The notes under the pieces: model-generated
Databases searched by the model: none
What the model was told of the DNA's origin: nothing
The model's input: only the letters and a program-made list of their open reading frames with translations
NCBI GenBank assembly: GCA_012965045.1
Contig: DTSZ01000001.1
Location: 812,024-876,023 of the forward strand
Length of the DNA stretch: 64,000 nt
Reading direction: 5' to 3'
From: Candidatus Saccharimonadota bacterium
Lineage (GTDB): Bacteria > Patescibacteriota > Saccharimonadia > Saccharimonadales > DTSZ01
Shown: one piece after another, positions 35,635 to 44,358 of the stretch
Position numbering within the stretch: the first letter of the stretch is position 1
Layout: the number at the start of each line of letters is the position of its first letter
Program-made: the position numbers and the translations under genes

Positions 35635-37169
35635 AGTACATTTACATCTTTATGGTCACCATTTTAGATAAACTAATTTGGTATGTAGACGTTGGTCCAT
35701 CAGTTCACAGAATTTTCCTTGCGCCGCAAGTTGGTAATTTTAGGGTTTTTCTAGGGAGGATTAGGGCAGTTCGTTTATGTTTATACGCATGGCGCCGTGT
35801 ACCTGCGTATAAAAATTTTATTGAGAGCCAACGCCCTTTTAAAGGCCCAACAATAAATTTTAAAGGCGCCCAACTCAATGATTTGCCAGAAATGGATAAA
35901 GATTCATACATTAAGCAATATAATCTTCTAGACAAGCTTGTTGATAGAAACCTACCGGCTGAAGGAGTTATGTTTGATGAATCATCCGGCAGTAGCGGTA
36001 AACCAACAAGCTGGGTTCGTGGCCCAAAAGAGCGTCGTTTTGTACAAAGAATCATGCAAGTTTCATTCCAGCATGTAATGGTAGATAGACAGCCGATTAT
36101 TTTGAACACATTTTCTATGGGAGCCTGGGCTACTGGAATAAACACAACCATAAATTTGGTTGGCGTCAGTCGAGTTAAGTCACTTGGTCCGGATGTTGTT
36201 AAAGTTATCGATACGCTTCTAGAGTTAGGGCCGGAGTTTGAATATGTTATTTGTGGGTATCCGCCTTTTTTAAAGCTTATTACCGAAACTAAAGAAATTG
36301 ATTGGTCGAAATATAAAATTACTGCAATTTTTGGTGGTGAAGGCATTAGCGAAGCGATGCGTGACACGTTGCTTGAATATTATACGGAGGTGATCGGATC
36401 ATATGGTGCTTCTGACTTAGAAATAAACATTGCTCACGAATCCGAATTCACGATTGCGCTAAGACGCGCCTTGCAAGAAGATGATTCTTTAAAGAAAGCT
36501 CTTATAACTCAAAATCGGGGTATTTTACCGATGATTTTTCAATACAATCCGTACGATTATGTGATTGAAACAAACAAAAACGGCGAGCTAGTTGTAACTA
36601 TTTGTCGTTTAGAAAATATTAGTCCGCGCATTAGGTACAACATACACGACCTTGGACATGTCGTTCATTTTTATGAGCTTAAAAAAATCTTACGCAGTGC
36701 AGGGCGTCAAGATATCTTAGATAAAGCAGAGTTTGATTTTGGTGTTATGTTCCACTACGGGCGGAGTGATCTTTCCGTTGATTACAATGGTGCTGTGGTG
36801 GGGCCTGAAGAAGTAAAACAGATAATTAACGCTCATGCATTTGCTTCAAAAATTAAAGGATTTCGCTTAATAAGCTACGAAGATAAAACATCTTCTAAGC
36901 ACCTAATGATTGCGGTTGAGTTAGAGGAGGGTACAAAGCTCAAAAAAACTGATCAAAAACAATTACTCGACGAAATTATCACCCAGCTTAAAATTATGAA
37001 TCTAGACTTTAAGTCTGCTTATTCTACAGCCGCCAATAAACCAGAGTTAAAAGCCTACGAATACGAAACAGGAATTTTTGATGTTGAACATCAAAAACTT
37101 AAAAATGACTACGTTTGGAACATTGACTACAAGCGAGCAGTTAAGGAGAAAATTTTGCTCGAAAGCTAG
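35631..37169 (+). CDS. adenylate-forming ligase, PaaK / coenzyme F390-synthetase-like (ANL superfamily)
   Basis: ATGA overlap with the upstream stop. Motifs are WRRVPAYKNFIES, the P-loop-like FDESSGSSGKPTSW, and GYPPFL. Confidence 0.6.
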   Translation: MKYIYIFMVTILDKLIWYVDVGPSVHRIFLAPQVGNFRVFLGRIRAVRLCLYAWRRVPAYKNFIESQRPFKGPTINFKGAQLNDLPEMDKDSYIKQYNLLDKLVDRNLPAEGVMFDESSGSSGKPTSWVRGPKERRFVQRIMQVSFQHVMVDRQPIILNTFSMGAWATGINTTINLVGVSRVKSLGPDVVKVIDTLLELGPEFEYVICGYPPFLKLITETKEIDWSKYKITAIFGGEGISEAMRDTLLEYYTEVIGSYGASDLEINIAHESEFTIALRRALQEDDSLKKALITQNRGILPMIFQYNPYDYVIETNKNGELVVTICRLENISPRIRYNIHDLGHVVHFYELKKILRSAGRQDILDKAEFDFGVMFHYGRSDLSVDYNGAVVGPEEVKQIINAHAFASKIKGFRLISYEDKTSSKHLMIAVELEEGTKLKKTDQKQLLDEIITQLKIMNLDFKSAYSTAANKPELKAYEYETGIFDVEHQKLKNDYVWNIDYKRAVKEKILLES

Positions 37170-37199
37170 GCAGAGAAGTAAAGAAGCCAAAAGGGAGGT

Positions 37200-37410
37200 G
37201 GAGGTGTGTTTGTTTAGAGTTGTGGCGACTTCAATGAACTTCGCAAAAGACCTTTTACGACGCACCCAGTATACCAACTCCAACACAAACTCTTTACTAT
37301 ATCCTCGACCAGTATCCGGCTGCGGCATTTCAAAGGAGAGGAAATACGGTATAGCTAACTCTTCGCTATCCCTATAGATAAACTCGTGACCTTTGATTAT
37401 AGATGATACG
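37200..37410 (-). pseudogene. possible GNAT-acetyltransferase remnant (no usable start, N-terminus missing)
   Basis: The minus-strand frame reads ...IIKGHEFIYRDSEELAIPYFLSFEMPQPDTGRGYSKEFVLELVYWVRRKRSFAKFIEVATTLNK. This resembles GNAT motif A. It is bounded upstream by a TGA and runs into the ligase 3' end. Confidence 0.2.
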
Positions 37411-37456
37411 AAACAGATTCATAGTTATTTTTATTACTTGAAGGTAATATGGATTA

Positions 37457-37849
37457 ATGGATAACACAAAACAACTTTGTTCCTTTTGCAAAGAAAATAA
37501 CCTACTTAGAGTTAATGTGCTATACGAAGATGATCTGTGGTACATAACGGACATGGAACAGGGAAGTATTAATAATGCCGCACTGGCTATAACAAAGCGA
37601 CATATCTCTACTCCTTTTGAACTAAATAAAGGAGAGTGGGTGGCTTTGCAGGAAATCATAAACAAAATGAAATCCTTTGTTGACGACAAAGAGATTCCAG
37701 ATGGCTATAACATTGGCTGGAATGTTAATAAAACTGGTGGACAAAATGTAGCACATGCGCACTTGCATCTATTAGCTCGATACAAAGACGAACCGCTTGC
37801 TGGTAAAGGAATCCGTCACATATTTAAACAGCCTGAAAACAAGCGATAA
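37457..37849 (+). CDS. HIT-family protein (second copy in the window)
   Basis: N-terminal CSFCKENN and the histidine triad HAHLHLLARY. Confidence 0.75.
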   Translation: MDNTKQLCSFCKENNLLRVNVLYEDDLWYITDMEQGSINNAALAITKRHISTPFELNKGEWVALQEIINKMKSFVDDKEIPDGYNIGWNVNKTGGQNVAHAHLHLLARYKDEPLAGKGIRHIFKQPENKR

Positions 37850-38003
37850 AAATAATTAGTCAAAATTAGTGAATTTAAAAAAATTACATAGAGTTTCGCT
37901 AAAAATACTAAAGTCGACAAAAAGTAAATATTATGCTAATGTATATATAATATTATTAAACTAAAAACCATAAAAATAATAATTTGCATTCTAGCTAGCC
38001 ATT

Positions 38004-39632
38004 ATGTCAGAAAGTACTCACAACCCTACAAATGTCGAAACCTCTCTGAAGGACGTGAGTGACTATTTTAGCCAGGTGTCTAATAGCGTAATCACAGGGA
38101 GCGACAAATTTCCAGATGGCTACGATGGCATCGCGTCTGAATTACGTGGTATAAGAAAAAGACTTCAAGAAGATACAGAAGCAAATGGGCATGATATAGC
38201 TGCTTATTACTCTGTATTCAAGCAAGAGAAAAATCTGATGAACACTGTGTTTGGTAAAGAACCCAAATCTACTGATTTCGAAAGATTTTTGGGCTACTTC
38301 TCTGATGACAAAATTGCGACTGCACTTACAGCCGAAGATGCACAAGGAGCACTTCACCAAGATTTGCTTAGTACCTTAGACCAAGCACGCAGAGATAGTC
38401 AAAGATATGCTGCTGGTAAAATAATTTCGATTCTTCAAATTCAGCATGGCAAGGATCAGGCGGCTGATCTCATTACCGACCCAGGAACAGAGAGAAGCGA
38501 ATTCGACTGTGCAGTACGGGAAATGCTGGTACATAAGACAACTATAGAAGCTATGATGCACAAGGATATTACTTATGAGGTTGGTGTTTCTTGGGGTGAA
38601 CGGCAAAGGGTTGTTCAGACCTGGTTTGAGAATATAGTAGTGTCAGCATACTCTATGGAGCCAGAAGAAGCACAAAAGTATGCTTTTACCGTTTCCAGAC
38701 GTGGTTATGCGGAGAATATTGCGCAGTTTATTTCACATATGGACCATTTCGGCCCTAAGAGTGTTAAAGCACTGACTACAGAAACTGGTATCTACAGCTT
38801 AGAAAATTACACAGTAGAACAATTAGAGCGCATGGTGCGGTTGTCTGATGACCCTCATGCACTGGCCGAGGAATTGAGTAATCACGATGTAACTGTATAT
38901 ATGGCGAACGCTCTTGGTGATCACAATGGTGTGCTCGGAGATGGCCCGGGATTATTTGATTCAAATGGGCGTACGCTGTTTTTTGAAATTAGTTCTCCAA
39001 CAGACATATACCGCCATATGCTACGGTTAGAAAAAGTTGGCATACAGCCTTCAACATTTGTATTAGCCGCTCACGGTGCCGAGGGACAGTTAAGTATTAG
39101 CGACAGAAGTAGTCCTGAAAGACGTCGAAGATTCATTGCAACCATTTCAGGTAAACAAATGGTCGATGCTTTCAACGCAGATCACCACGAATCTGGAGAT
39201 TTTGGTATAGCTATTCGCGATTCAAAGTCTTTAGGTAGATTAACAGAAGAATTTATGCAGCCAAGTCGTGCAATAGATGATCCAGAAGAAGCTCAAGGCA
39301 AAAAGAGAATAATAATTAAAGCTTGTAGGGCAGCTACTAGCACAGACTCGTACAACAAAGCTAAAGATGGTACAAAAGTAAGTTTAGGTGAAGATTCTAT
39401 TGTATCCGTAATTGCTAGGCAGATATGTGAGCTTGGGGGCGATAATGTTGAAGTGTATGGAGCAGATACATCTATTCAAATGAGAAAGAATGAATCAGGT
39501 AGCGGAGTTGAATACACCGCTTTGTCTAAAGAGAGAATACGAGAACATACTGACGTCGTCAGGGCCCAAGTCCAGGATGGTGCTACGTCGTATGACAGCA
39601 TTGATGAGATTCTGCTCACTAAAAAGATTTAG
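38004..39632 (+). CDS. hypothetical 542-aa cytoplasmic protein; the C-terminal half has a caspase/CHAT-like His...Cys arrangement
   Basis: Preceded by a 150-nt very AT-rich spacer. A strand-HG (STFVLAAHGAEGQL) is followed ~85 aa later by a strand-C (KRIIIKACRAATS). Confidence 0.6.
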   Translation: MSESTHNPTNVETSLKDVSDYFSQVSNSVITGSDKFPDGYDGIASELRGIRKRLQEDTEANGHDIAAYYSVFKQEKNLMNTVFGKEPKSTDFERFLGYFSDDKIATALTAEDAQGALHQDLLSTLDQARRDSQRYAAGKIISILQIQHGKDQAADLITDPGTERSEFDCAVREMLVHKTTIEAMMHKDITYEVGVSWGERQRVVQTWFENIVVSAYSMEPEEAQKYAFTVSRRGYAENIAQFISHMDHFGPKSVKALTTETGIYSLENYTVEQLERMVRLSDDPHALAEELSNHDVTVYMANALGDHNGVLGDGPGLFDSNGRTLFFEISSPTDIYRHMLRLEKVGIQPSTFVLAAHGAEGQLSISDRSSPERRRRFIATISGKQMVDAFNADHHESGDFGIAIRDSKSLGRLTEEFMQPSRAIDDPEEAQGKKRIIIKACRAATSTDSYNKAKDGTKVSLGEDSIVSVIARQICELGGDNVEVYGADTSIQMRKNESGSGVEYTALSKERIREHTDVVRAQVQDGATSYDSIDEILLTKKI

Positions 39633-39757
39633 TCTTTAACTAATCCTGTGACTTTGGTTATATTTTGATGATATTCATTGGATGGTTAATCCGACAATAG
39701 ATCCTGCGCGACATATTTACTAGAACTTAACGAAGTAAGTTACTATAATATTCAAAC

Positions 39758-40495
39758 ATGTCAACTGCAGATTCCGATACTATTTTACAGAGCGTTGTTA
39801 ATCATTTAGCGATTATTCCAGACGGAAACCGTAGATGGGCGAAATCCCAGGGTATTTTTGGTACTCTAAAAATGTACGACCAAGGGGCTGACCGCGCAGC
39901 CGAGGTTATTCGAGCAGCGTTTGAGCACGGCGTTACTACTGTCAGTTTTTGGGGAAGTTCAGCAGCCAACCTTACTAAACGCAACGGCAAAGAAGTGGAG
40001 GTGTTGGAGCGAATTTATAGTGTTTTTTCACAAAAACTTATAAACGAAGAAGACGTTCATAAACACGAAGTTCGGGTTGAAATAATCGGTAAATGGAAAA
40101 ACTTACTCGGTGAAGCAACAATAGCAAATCTACAAAAGGTAGTTGATGATACAAAGCAGTACAACAAGCGGCGATTAGTTCTATTGATTGGCTATGACGG
40201 CGTTGATGAACGCAGCGCAGCTGTTGAATCGATACTCCAAACCCGTGAAGACACCGACATTGACGGCAACACACTTCTACGCCAGCATTCTTGGACAGGA
40301 CACATACCAGATGTCGATCTTATAATTCGCACCGGAGCTTGGGAAGACCCACATAACAGCGTGGGCTTTTTGAGTCTATTAACAGATAACACGCAATATG
40401 CTTTTCCTCAGGTGTTGTGGCCCGACTTTAAAGTCGAAAAACTACAAGAAGTCTTAGACGACTTTAACGAACGTGAACGCCGCTTAGGCAAGTAA
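39758..40495 (+). CDS. uppS: isoprenyl transferase (undecaprenyl-diphosphate synthase)
   Basis: HLAIIPDGNRRWAK, plus the later motifs IRTGAWE and FLSLL. Confidence 0.92.
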   Translation: MSTADSDTILQSVVNHLAIIPDGNRRWAKSQGIFGTLKMYDQGADRAAEVIRAAFEHGVTTVSFWGSSAANLTKRNGKEVEVLERIYSVFSQKLINEEDVHKHEVRVEIIGKWKNLLGEATIANLQKVVDDTKQYNKRRLVLLIGYDGVDERSAAVESILQTREDTDIDGNTLLRQHSWTGHIPDVDLIIRTGAWEDPHNSVGFLSLLTDNTQYAFPQVLWPDFKVEKLQEVLDDFNERERRLGK

Positions 40496-40501
40496 AAAAA
40501 C

Positions 40502-42166
40502 CTATTCAGATCTGCGAGAGTAATATTCTGGTGACACAGTAGCTGGCCGCCAGTCGTTTTCTGTAGGCATACTTGTTCGTGCACTTAGAGCCTCGCTGAC
40601 TATTTCTCGGTGTTCATGTGCTGTTGTAACGGGATAGGCGAGTGCTAAATTATACGTTGAGTCTGTGTAAACTCTCGGTATATTCAGAACTTGTAGGTTA
40701 TTTGAGTGTTGGGGGCTATTCGTTTGTGTAGTTTGTATAATATGCGCAATATCTGTTTCAGATTCATTTTCGGATTGTTCTGCTGGTGTAAATTCTGCAG
40801 CAGCAGTCCGTAGATCAAGAGACACAAACCTAATATCTCCGGATTCATTAAAAGTTTGTACTGCAATATACTCCACATTTTCGTCAGTTAATGAGGTGAG
40901 TGGTGTCTCTCGCGCAGGATCTTTAAGTTTAATGATAGGGTTTTGAATAATTATTATTCCTGAATTTGAGTCTAAGTCATCCAGAGATTGATCATTCTGG
41001 TGTGATTCGGTCAGCTCAGTATCTGGCTGTACAATCAGTGCACCCTGTAAAAATAAAATACCATTATCGGATCGGATTGAATCTACAACATTATCAGTTA
41101 CATCGTGGCCTGATACCATAGAAGGGATAGCGCCACTTGCTTGGATGGCGTCTCTTAGCTTAGATTCATAATAGGTATATGCTTTTTCACCATACCACTG
41201 CTCTGGCCCCTGTTCTTGCCTTTGAGCCTCTGTTGTATCACGAATAAAGGTAGGGAAGTTTGGTATAAGCATTTGCACTCTCTGACTCATAAGCTCTAAC
41301 TTATAGTGAAAAGGCGACCCGTGGTGAGGGTCGTTGTCTTGCGGAAGCCCATACTTAATTAAAAATTCAAGAGACTTGGCTCTATCTTCAGCTACATTAA
41401 TCATTGCGTACGGAGAAGCAAACTCTTGGGTGGGGCTAACCATGAAATATTCGGGAGAGAGGACAGCGTAGCTTTTATTTCTGTAAGCGCTGAAACCCAA
41501 ATAATCCACTGTATTCATATTCGCAAAGTCCGCATCCGCCCAAAAATCACTCTCATTTGATTCATGGTCTACGCATAAGACATCATCAAGTGCGTGACTG
41601 AGTTCATGGTCAATAGCTTCAGTTTCTTCGTCCAATATTAAGGATATAGAGTGTACCTCTCCAAGGTAGTAGCCACCGACTGAGCCATCTATTGATTTAA
41701 CTATTCTGATTGTGTCTACCATGCGCGGTAAAATTGATTGAGGGTATTTACTAAGTGATTTCACTAAGCCACTTATAAACCATCTATATCTATAGTTGTC
41801 TCTACCGGAAGCCTCTCCGGAGAAATCACTATCTTCAAAGTATTCTTCTTGGTAAGAACCTTGGTTATTAGTTTGGTCCGCAATAGAAAATTGCACATCA
41901 TAATATTCTGTCAGATCAATTAATAAGTCAGGCAGGTCTTCCAGACCCCCATGGACATACTCTGCCCATAAGTCGTTCATAAATTCAGTATGATTGTCTG
42001 AAATAGCTTCTGGTTCAATGTCGGGTGAAAGTGAGTCGCAGTCAGCAGCAGATACTGCAGTACTGTGCTGAGTTTCTTCTTGAGCGGACGCTGCCGTAGC
42101 GCCCAGCATTAATGCAGCGCTCAGGCCAGTAGCGATTATTTTCTCTTTAGTTTTTTGTTCAAACAT
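40502..42166 (-). CDS. secreted HExxH zinc metalloprotease (possibly M34/ATLF-like)
   Basis: Signal peptide MFEQKTKEKIIATGLSAALMLGATAASAQE. The motif IDHELSHALDD is followed by candidate third-ligand Glu sites (TQEFASPYA, NVAEDRA). Confidence 0.6.
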   Translation of the reverse strand: MFEQKTKEKIIATGLSAALMLGATAASAQEETQHSTAVSAADCDSLSPDIEPEAISDNHTEFMNDLWAEYVHGGLEDLPDLLIDLTEYYDVQFSIADQTNNQGSYQEEYFEDSDFSGEASGRDNYRYRWFISGLVKSLSKYPQSILPRMVDTIRIVKSIDGSVGGYYLGEVHSISLILDEETEAIDHELSHALDDVLCVDHESNESDFWADADFANMNTVDYLGFSAYRNKSYAVLSPEYFMVSPTQEFASPYAMINVAEDRAKSLEFLIKYGLPQDNDPHHGSPFHYKLELMSQRVQMLIPNFPTFIRDTTEAQRQEQGPEQWYGEKAYTYYESKLRDAIQASGAIPSMVSGHDVTDNVVDSIRSDNGILFLQGALIVQPDTELTESHQNDQSLDDLDSNSGIIIIQNPIIKLKDPARETPLTSLTDENVEYIAVQTFNESGDIRFVSLDLRTAAAEFTPAEQSENESETDIAHIIQTTQTNSPQHSNNLQVLNIPRVYTDSTYNLALAYPVTTAHEHREIVSEALSARTSMPTENDWRPATVSPEYYSRRSE

Positions 42167-42226
42167 TGATACTCTCTAACAATAAACAAATTATACAACA
42201 TTATTAATAATACGAAAAATCTTACC

Positions 42227-42254
42227 TTGAAAAATTACAAAAAAAGTGTATAAT
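42227..42254 (+). promoter_or_regulatory. extended -10 promoter for the 42317 gene
   Basis: TTGAAA (42227-32), a 16-nt spacer ending in TG, then TATAAT (42249-54). Confidence 0.5.
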
Positions 42255-42316
42255 ATTTATGTAACTGAGTATTTGCTGAGGGTCATTACTCAATAATTAA
42301 TTATGTAAGGAATTAT

Positions 42317-42946
42317 ATGACCAAATTTGCTGAAAAATTAACCGCAGTAACAACCGCAGCCGCTTTAGCTGGAAGCCCAGTAATGGTTGGCGAAGCTTTT
42401 GCGGAAAACATTTGCGAACAGACAACTGATGGCAGCACACTCATAGTAGGCGGTAGAGGAGACGCAACTGCCGTTGGAGAGCTCGAAAGCTATTTAAATG
42501 ATGCTGGTAATACTGTTATGGCTCTTACCCTAAATGGACCTGAAGTTGCAAACAATCCAGATAATTATCAATACCCAGCTCAAGCCGAAATGTTCGATAA
42601 CCAAGGTAATGGTGTATCAAAAATTTATATTGTTGGTGGTGAGATGGCGGTTAGCGCAGCAAGCGTGGAAGAATTCATAGAAAGAGTAGATGATGCCGAG
42701 GATTCTTGCGATACTCCAAGCGTAGAACGCCTTGCTGGACCAAGCAGTGACGCCACAAAACGAGAAGTCACTCGAGAAATATCACAATTACACTACCAAG
42801 AAGCCAGTGGCGCAAATGATGGCTACCCTGAATCAGATGCAACACCTACACCTAGTCCAACACCAGAAGAATCGACTTCTACAGAATCAGACTCATCATC
42901 TGGCTATTATAATCGACACGAGCCAAGCGAACGCGTTTCAGAATAA
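42317..42946 (+). CDS. secreted protein with a CWB2-like (cell-wall-binding repeat 2) segment and an S/T/P-rich tail
   Basis: Signal peptide ...TAAALAGSPVMVGEAFA. KIYIVGGEMAVSAASVEEFI...VERLAGPSSDAT resembles the CWB2 pattern vyivGG..avs...RlaGxdRyxT. Confidence 0.55.
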   Translation: MTKFAEKLTAVTTAAALAGSPVMVGEAFAENICEQTTDGSTLIVGGRGDATAVGELESYLNDAGNTVMALTLNGPEVANNPDNYQYPAQAEMFDNQGNGVSKIYIVGGEMAVSAASVEEFIERVDDAEDSCDTPSVERLAGPSSDATKREVTREISQLHYQEASGANDGYPESDATPTPSPTPEESTSTESDSSSGYYNRHEPSERVSE

Positions 42947-43136
42947 AAAATTCGTCAATTCCGCGAACGTTAGTTTTTGATCACATTGCTTTTGGTGTTA
43001 TGTAGAGACCATTTATTGCTGGGCCCTATGATAGTACTTTTAAATAAAAAGTGAGCTCAATCATAACCCAGATTATCTAAATTGAAACTATGCTCATGCT
43101 TGATGTATAGTAGCCTATATACATTGGTGAGGGTGC

Positions 43137-43790
43137 ATGGCTGATAAAAAAAGAAAAAACAAATTACATAGTCTAGCGGTTCGATTGAGGAAGCGAGTAT
43201 CTAAAAAACGCTCTGCTTTGTTTTGGGTGTCATTGGTTAGTGTACTAATTATTTGTGCATCCGTAATTTCACAGTTAGGAAATTCAGGCCTTCAGGATCC
43301 TAGTGCAGTCATAGTCGAAGAAGAAGAACTTATTCCATCTCATGTATTACTAAACGCTTCGTATGATCTTGAAGAGCAGCAGGGACCAGAAGCCGCTTTA
43401 ATTGCGCTCGAAGAGGATGTTTTAGGCTCCGACGCAAAATTCGACGAAAATGATGTTTTCCTATACAAGCGTATTGGTAATTTACGGTATAAATTGGACG
43501 ACGACGACGGGGCCTACCAAGCCTCTTTGCTCTCTTTAGAAAACGATCCAGCGAACGCCCGAGTCGATCTTGTTTTGCAGCACGCAAGCTATGCGTATTC
43601 GTCAGAACGCTATTTAGAGGCTCTAGAAATGTATCAGTTGGTGCTAACTAAGCTTGATGAATATAAAGAAATTTATGCTGATTCTGACTTCAGCGAGGCA
43701 GAAGTGCAAGAGATCATAGAGCAAAACAAACAATTAGCCGAGCATCAGATATCTGTGGTAGAAGAAAGATTGGCTAATGATGAAAACTAG
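43137..43790 (+). CDS. single-TM protein with a TPR-like ectodomain (paralog 1 of 3)
   Basis: Basic N-terminus, TM helix ALFWVSLVSVLIICASVI, and the TPR-like SERYLEALEMYQLVL. Confidence 0.6.
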   Translation: MADKKRKNKLHSLAVRLRKRVSKKRSALFWVSLVSVLIICASVISQLGNSGLQDPSAVIVEEEELIPSHVLLNASYDLEEQQGPEAALIALEEDVLGSDAKFDENDVFLYKRIGNLRYKLDDDDGAYQASLLSLENDPANARVDLVLQHASYAYSSERYLEALEMYQLVLTKLDEYKEIYADSDFSEAEVQEIIEQNKQLAEHQISVVEERLANDEN

Positions 43791-44358
43791 CATGAATTTT
43801 ATTGAAAGTCTTAATAAATTTTTCTTTAATAATTATAAATATCTTGTAACAGCTGCACTAGTTGTGGTCGCTGGATATTGTATGAGTTATGTAGTTGTGT
43901 CAAATAGCGAAAACTCAAAAACTACTACACCGGCAATAAAACCAGCAGAGACTATCTTGGTTGGGGCTACTGCTGCCGAGCGAAATGGTTCGAACCAATC
44001 GGCAATTGACTACATAAATGAACAGATAAGCTCATGCGATTGTGTTATAGAGAACGAGTCATTACTCTACCTAAAGCGCGCAGAATATGAATCTTCACTT
44101 GGCAATTACCAAGCAGCCACTGATTCTTACTCACAGGCATTAGCGTTTTACGAAGAATACCCAGACCCTAGGATTGTTTATGAGTATGCACAGGCAGCTG
44201 CCAACTCCGGCAATAGTGAATTAGCCCTTCAGCAGTTCACCTTCTTACAGTCGCTACTAGACTCGGAGCATATTCAGTCATACCAAATCACTCAGACTGA
44301 AGTAGATAAAATTGCAGAAGATACAGAGCAGTTTTTAGCAGAGAATTCCAATGACTAA
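43777..44358 (+). CDS. single-TM protein with a TPR-like ectodomain (paralog 2 of 3)
   Basis: TM helix YLVTAALVVVAGYCMSYVVV and the TPR-like GNYQAATDSYSQALAFYEE. It overlaps its upstream neighbour by 14 nt. Confidence 0.6.
   Translation: MMKTSMNFIESLNKFFFNNYKYLVTAALVVVAGYCMSYVVVSNSENSKTTTPAIKPAETILVGATAAERNGSNQSAIDYINEQISSCDCVIENESLLYLKRAEYESSLGNYQAATDSYSQALAFYEEYPDPRIVYEYAQAAANSGNSELALQQFTFLQSLLDSEHIQSYQITQTEVDKIAEDTEQFLAENSND

Noticed and set aside
35705-36367. 220-aa antisense ORF within the ligase gene.
   Set aside because: It lies opposite a gene with clear ANL/PaaK motifs, and the translated sequence has no recognisable features.
37372-37689. 105-aa minus-strand ORF overlapping the second HIT gene.
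   Set aside because: The HIT gene on the plus strand has the CxxC and HxHxHxx motifs, so the antisense ORF is a shadow.
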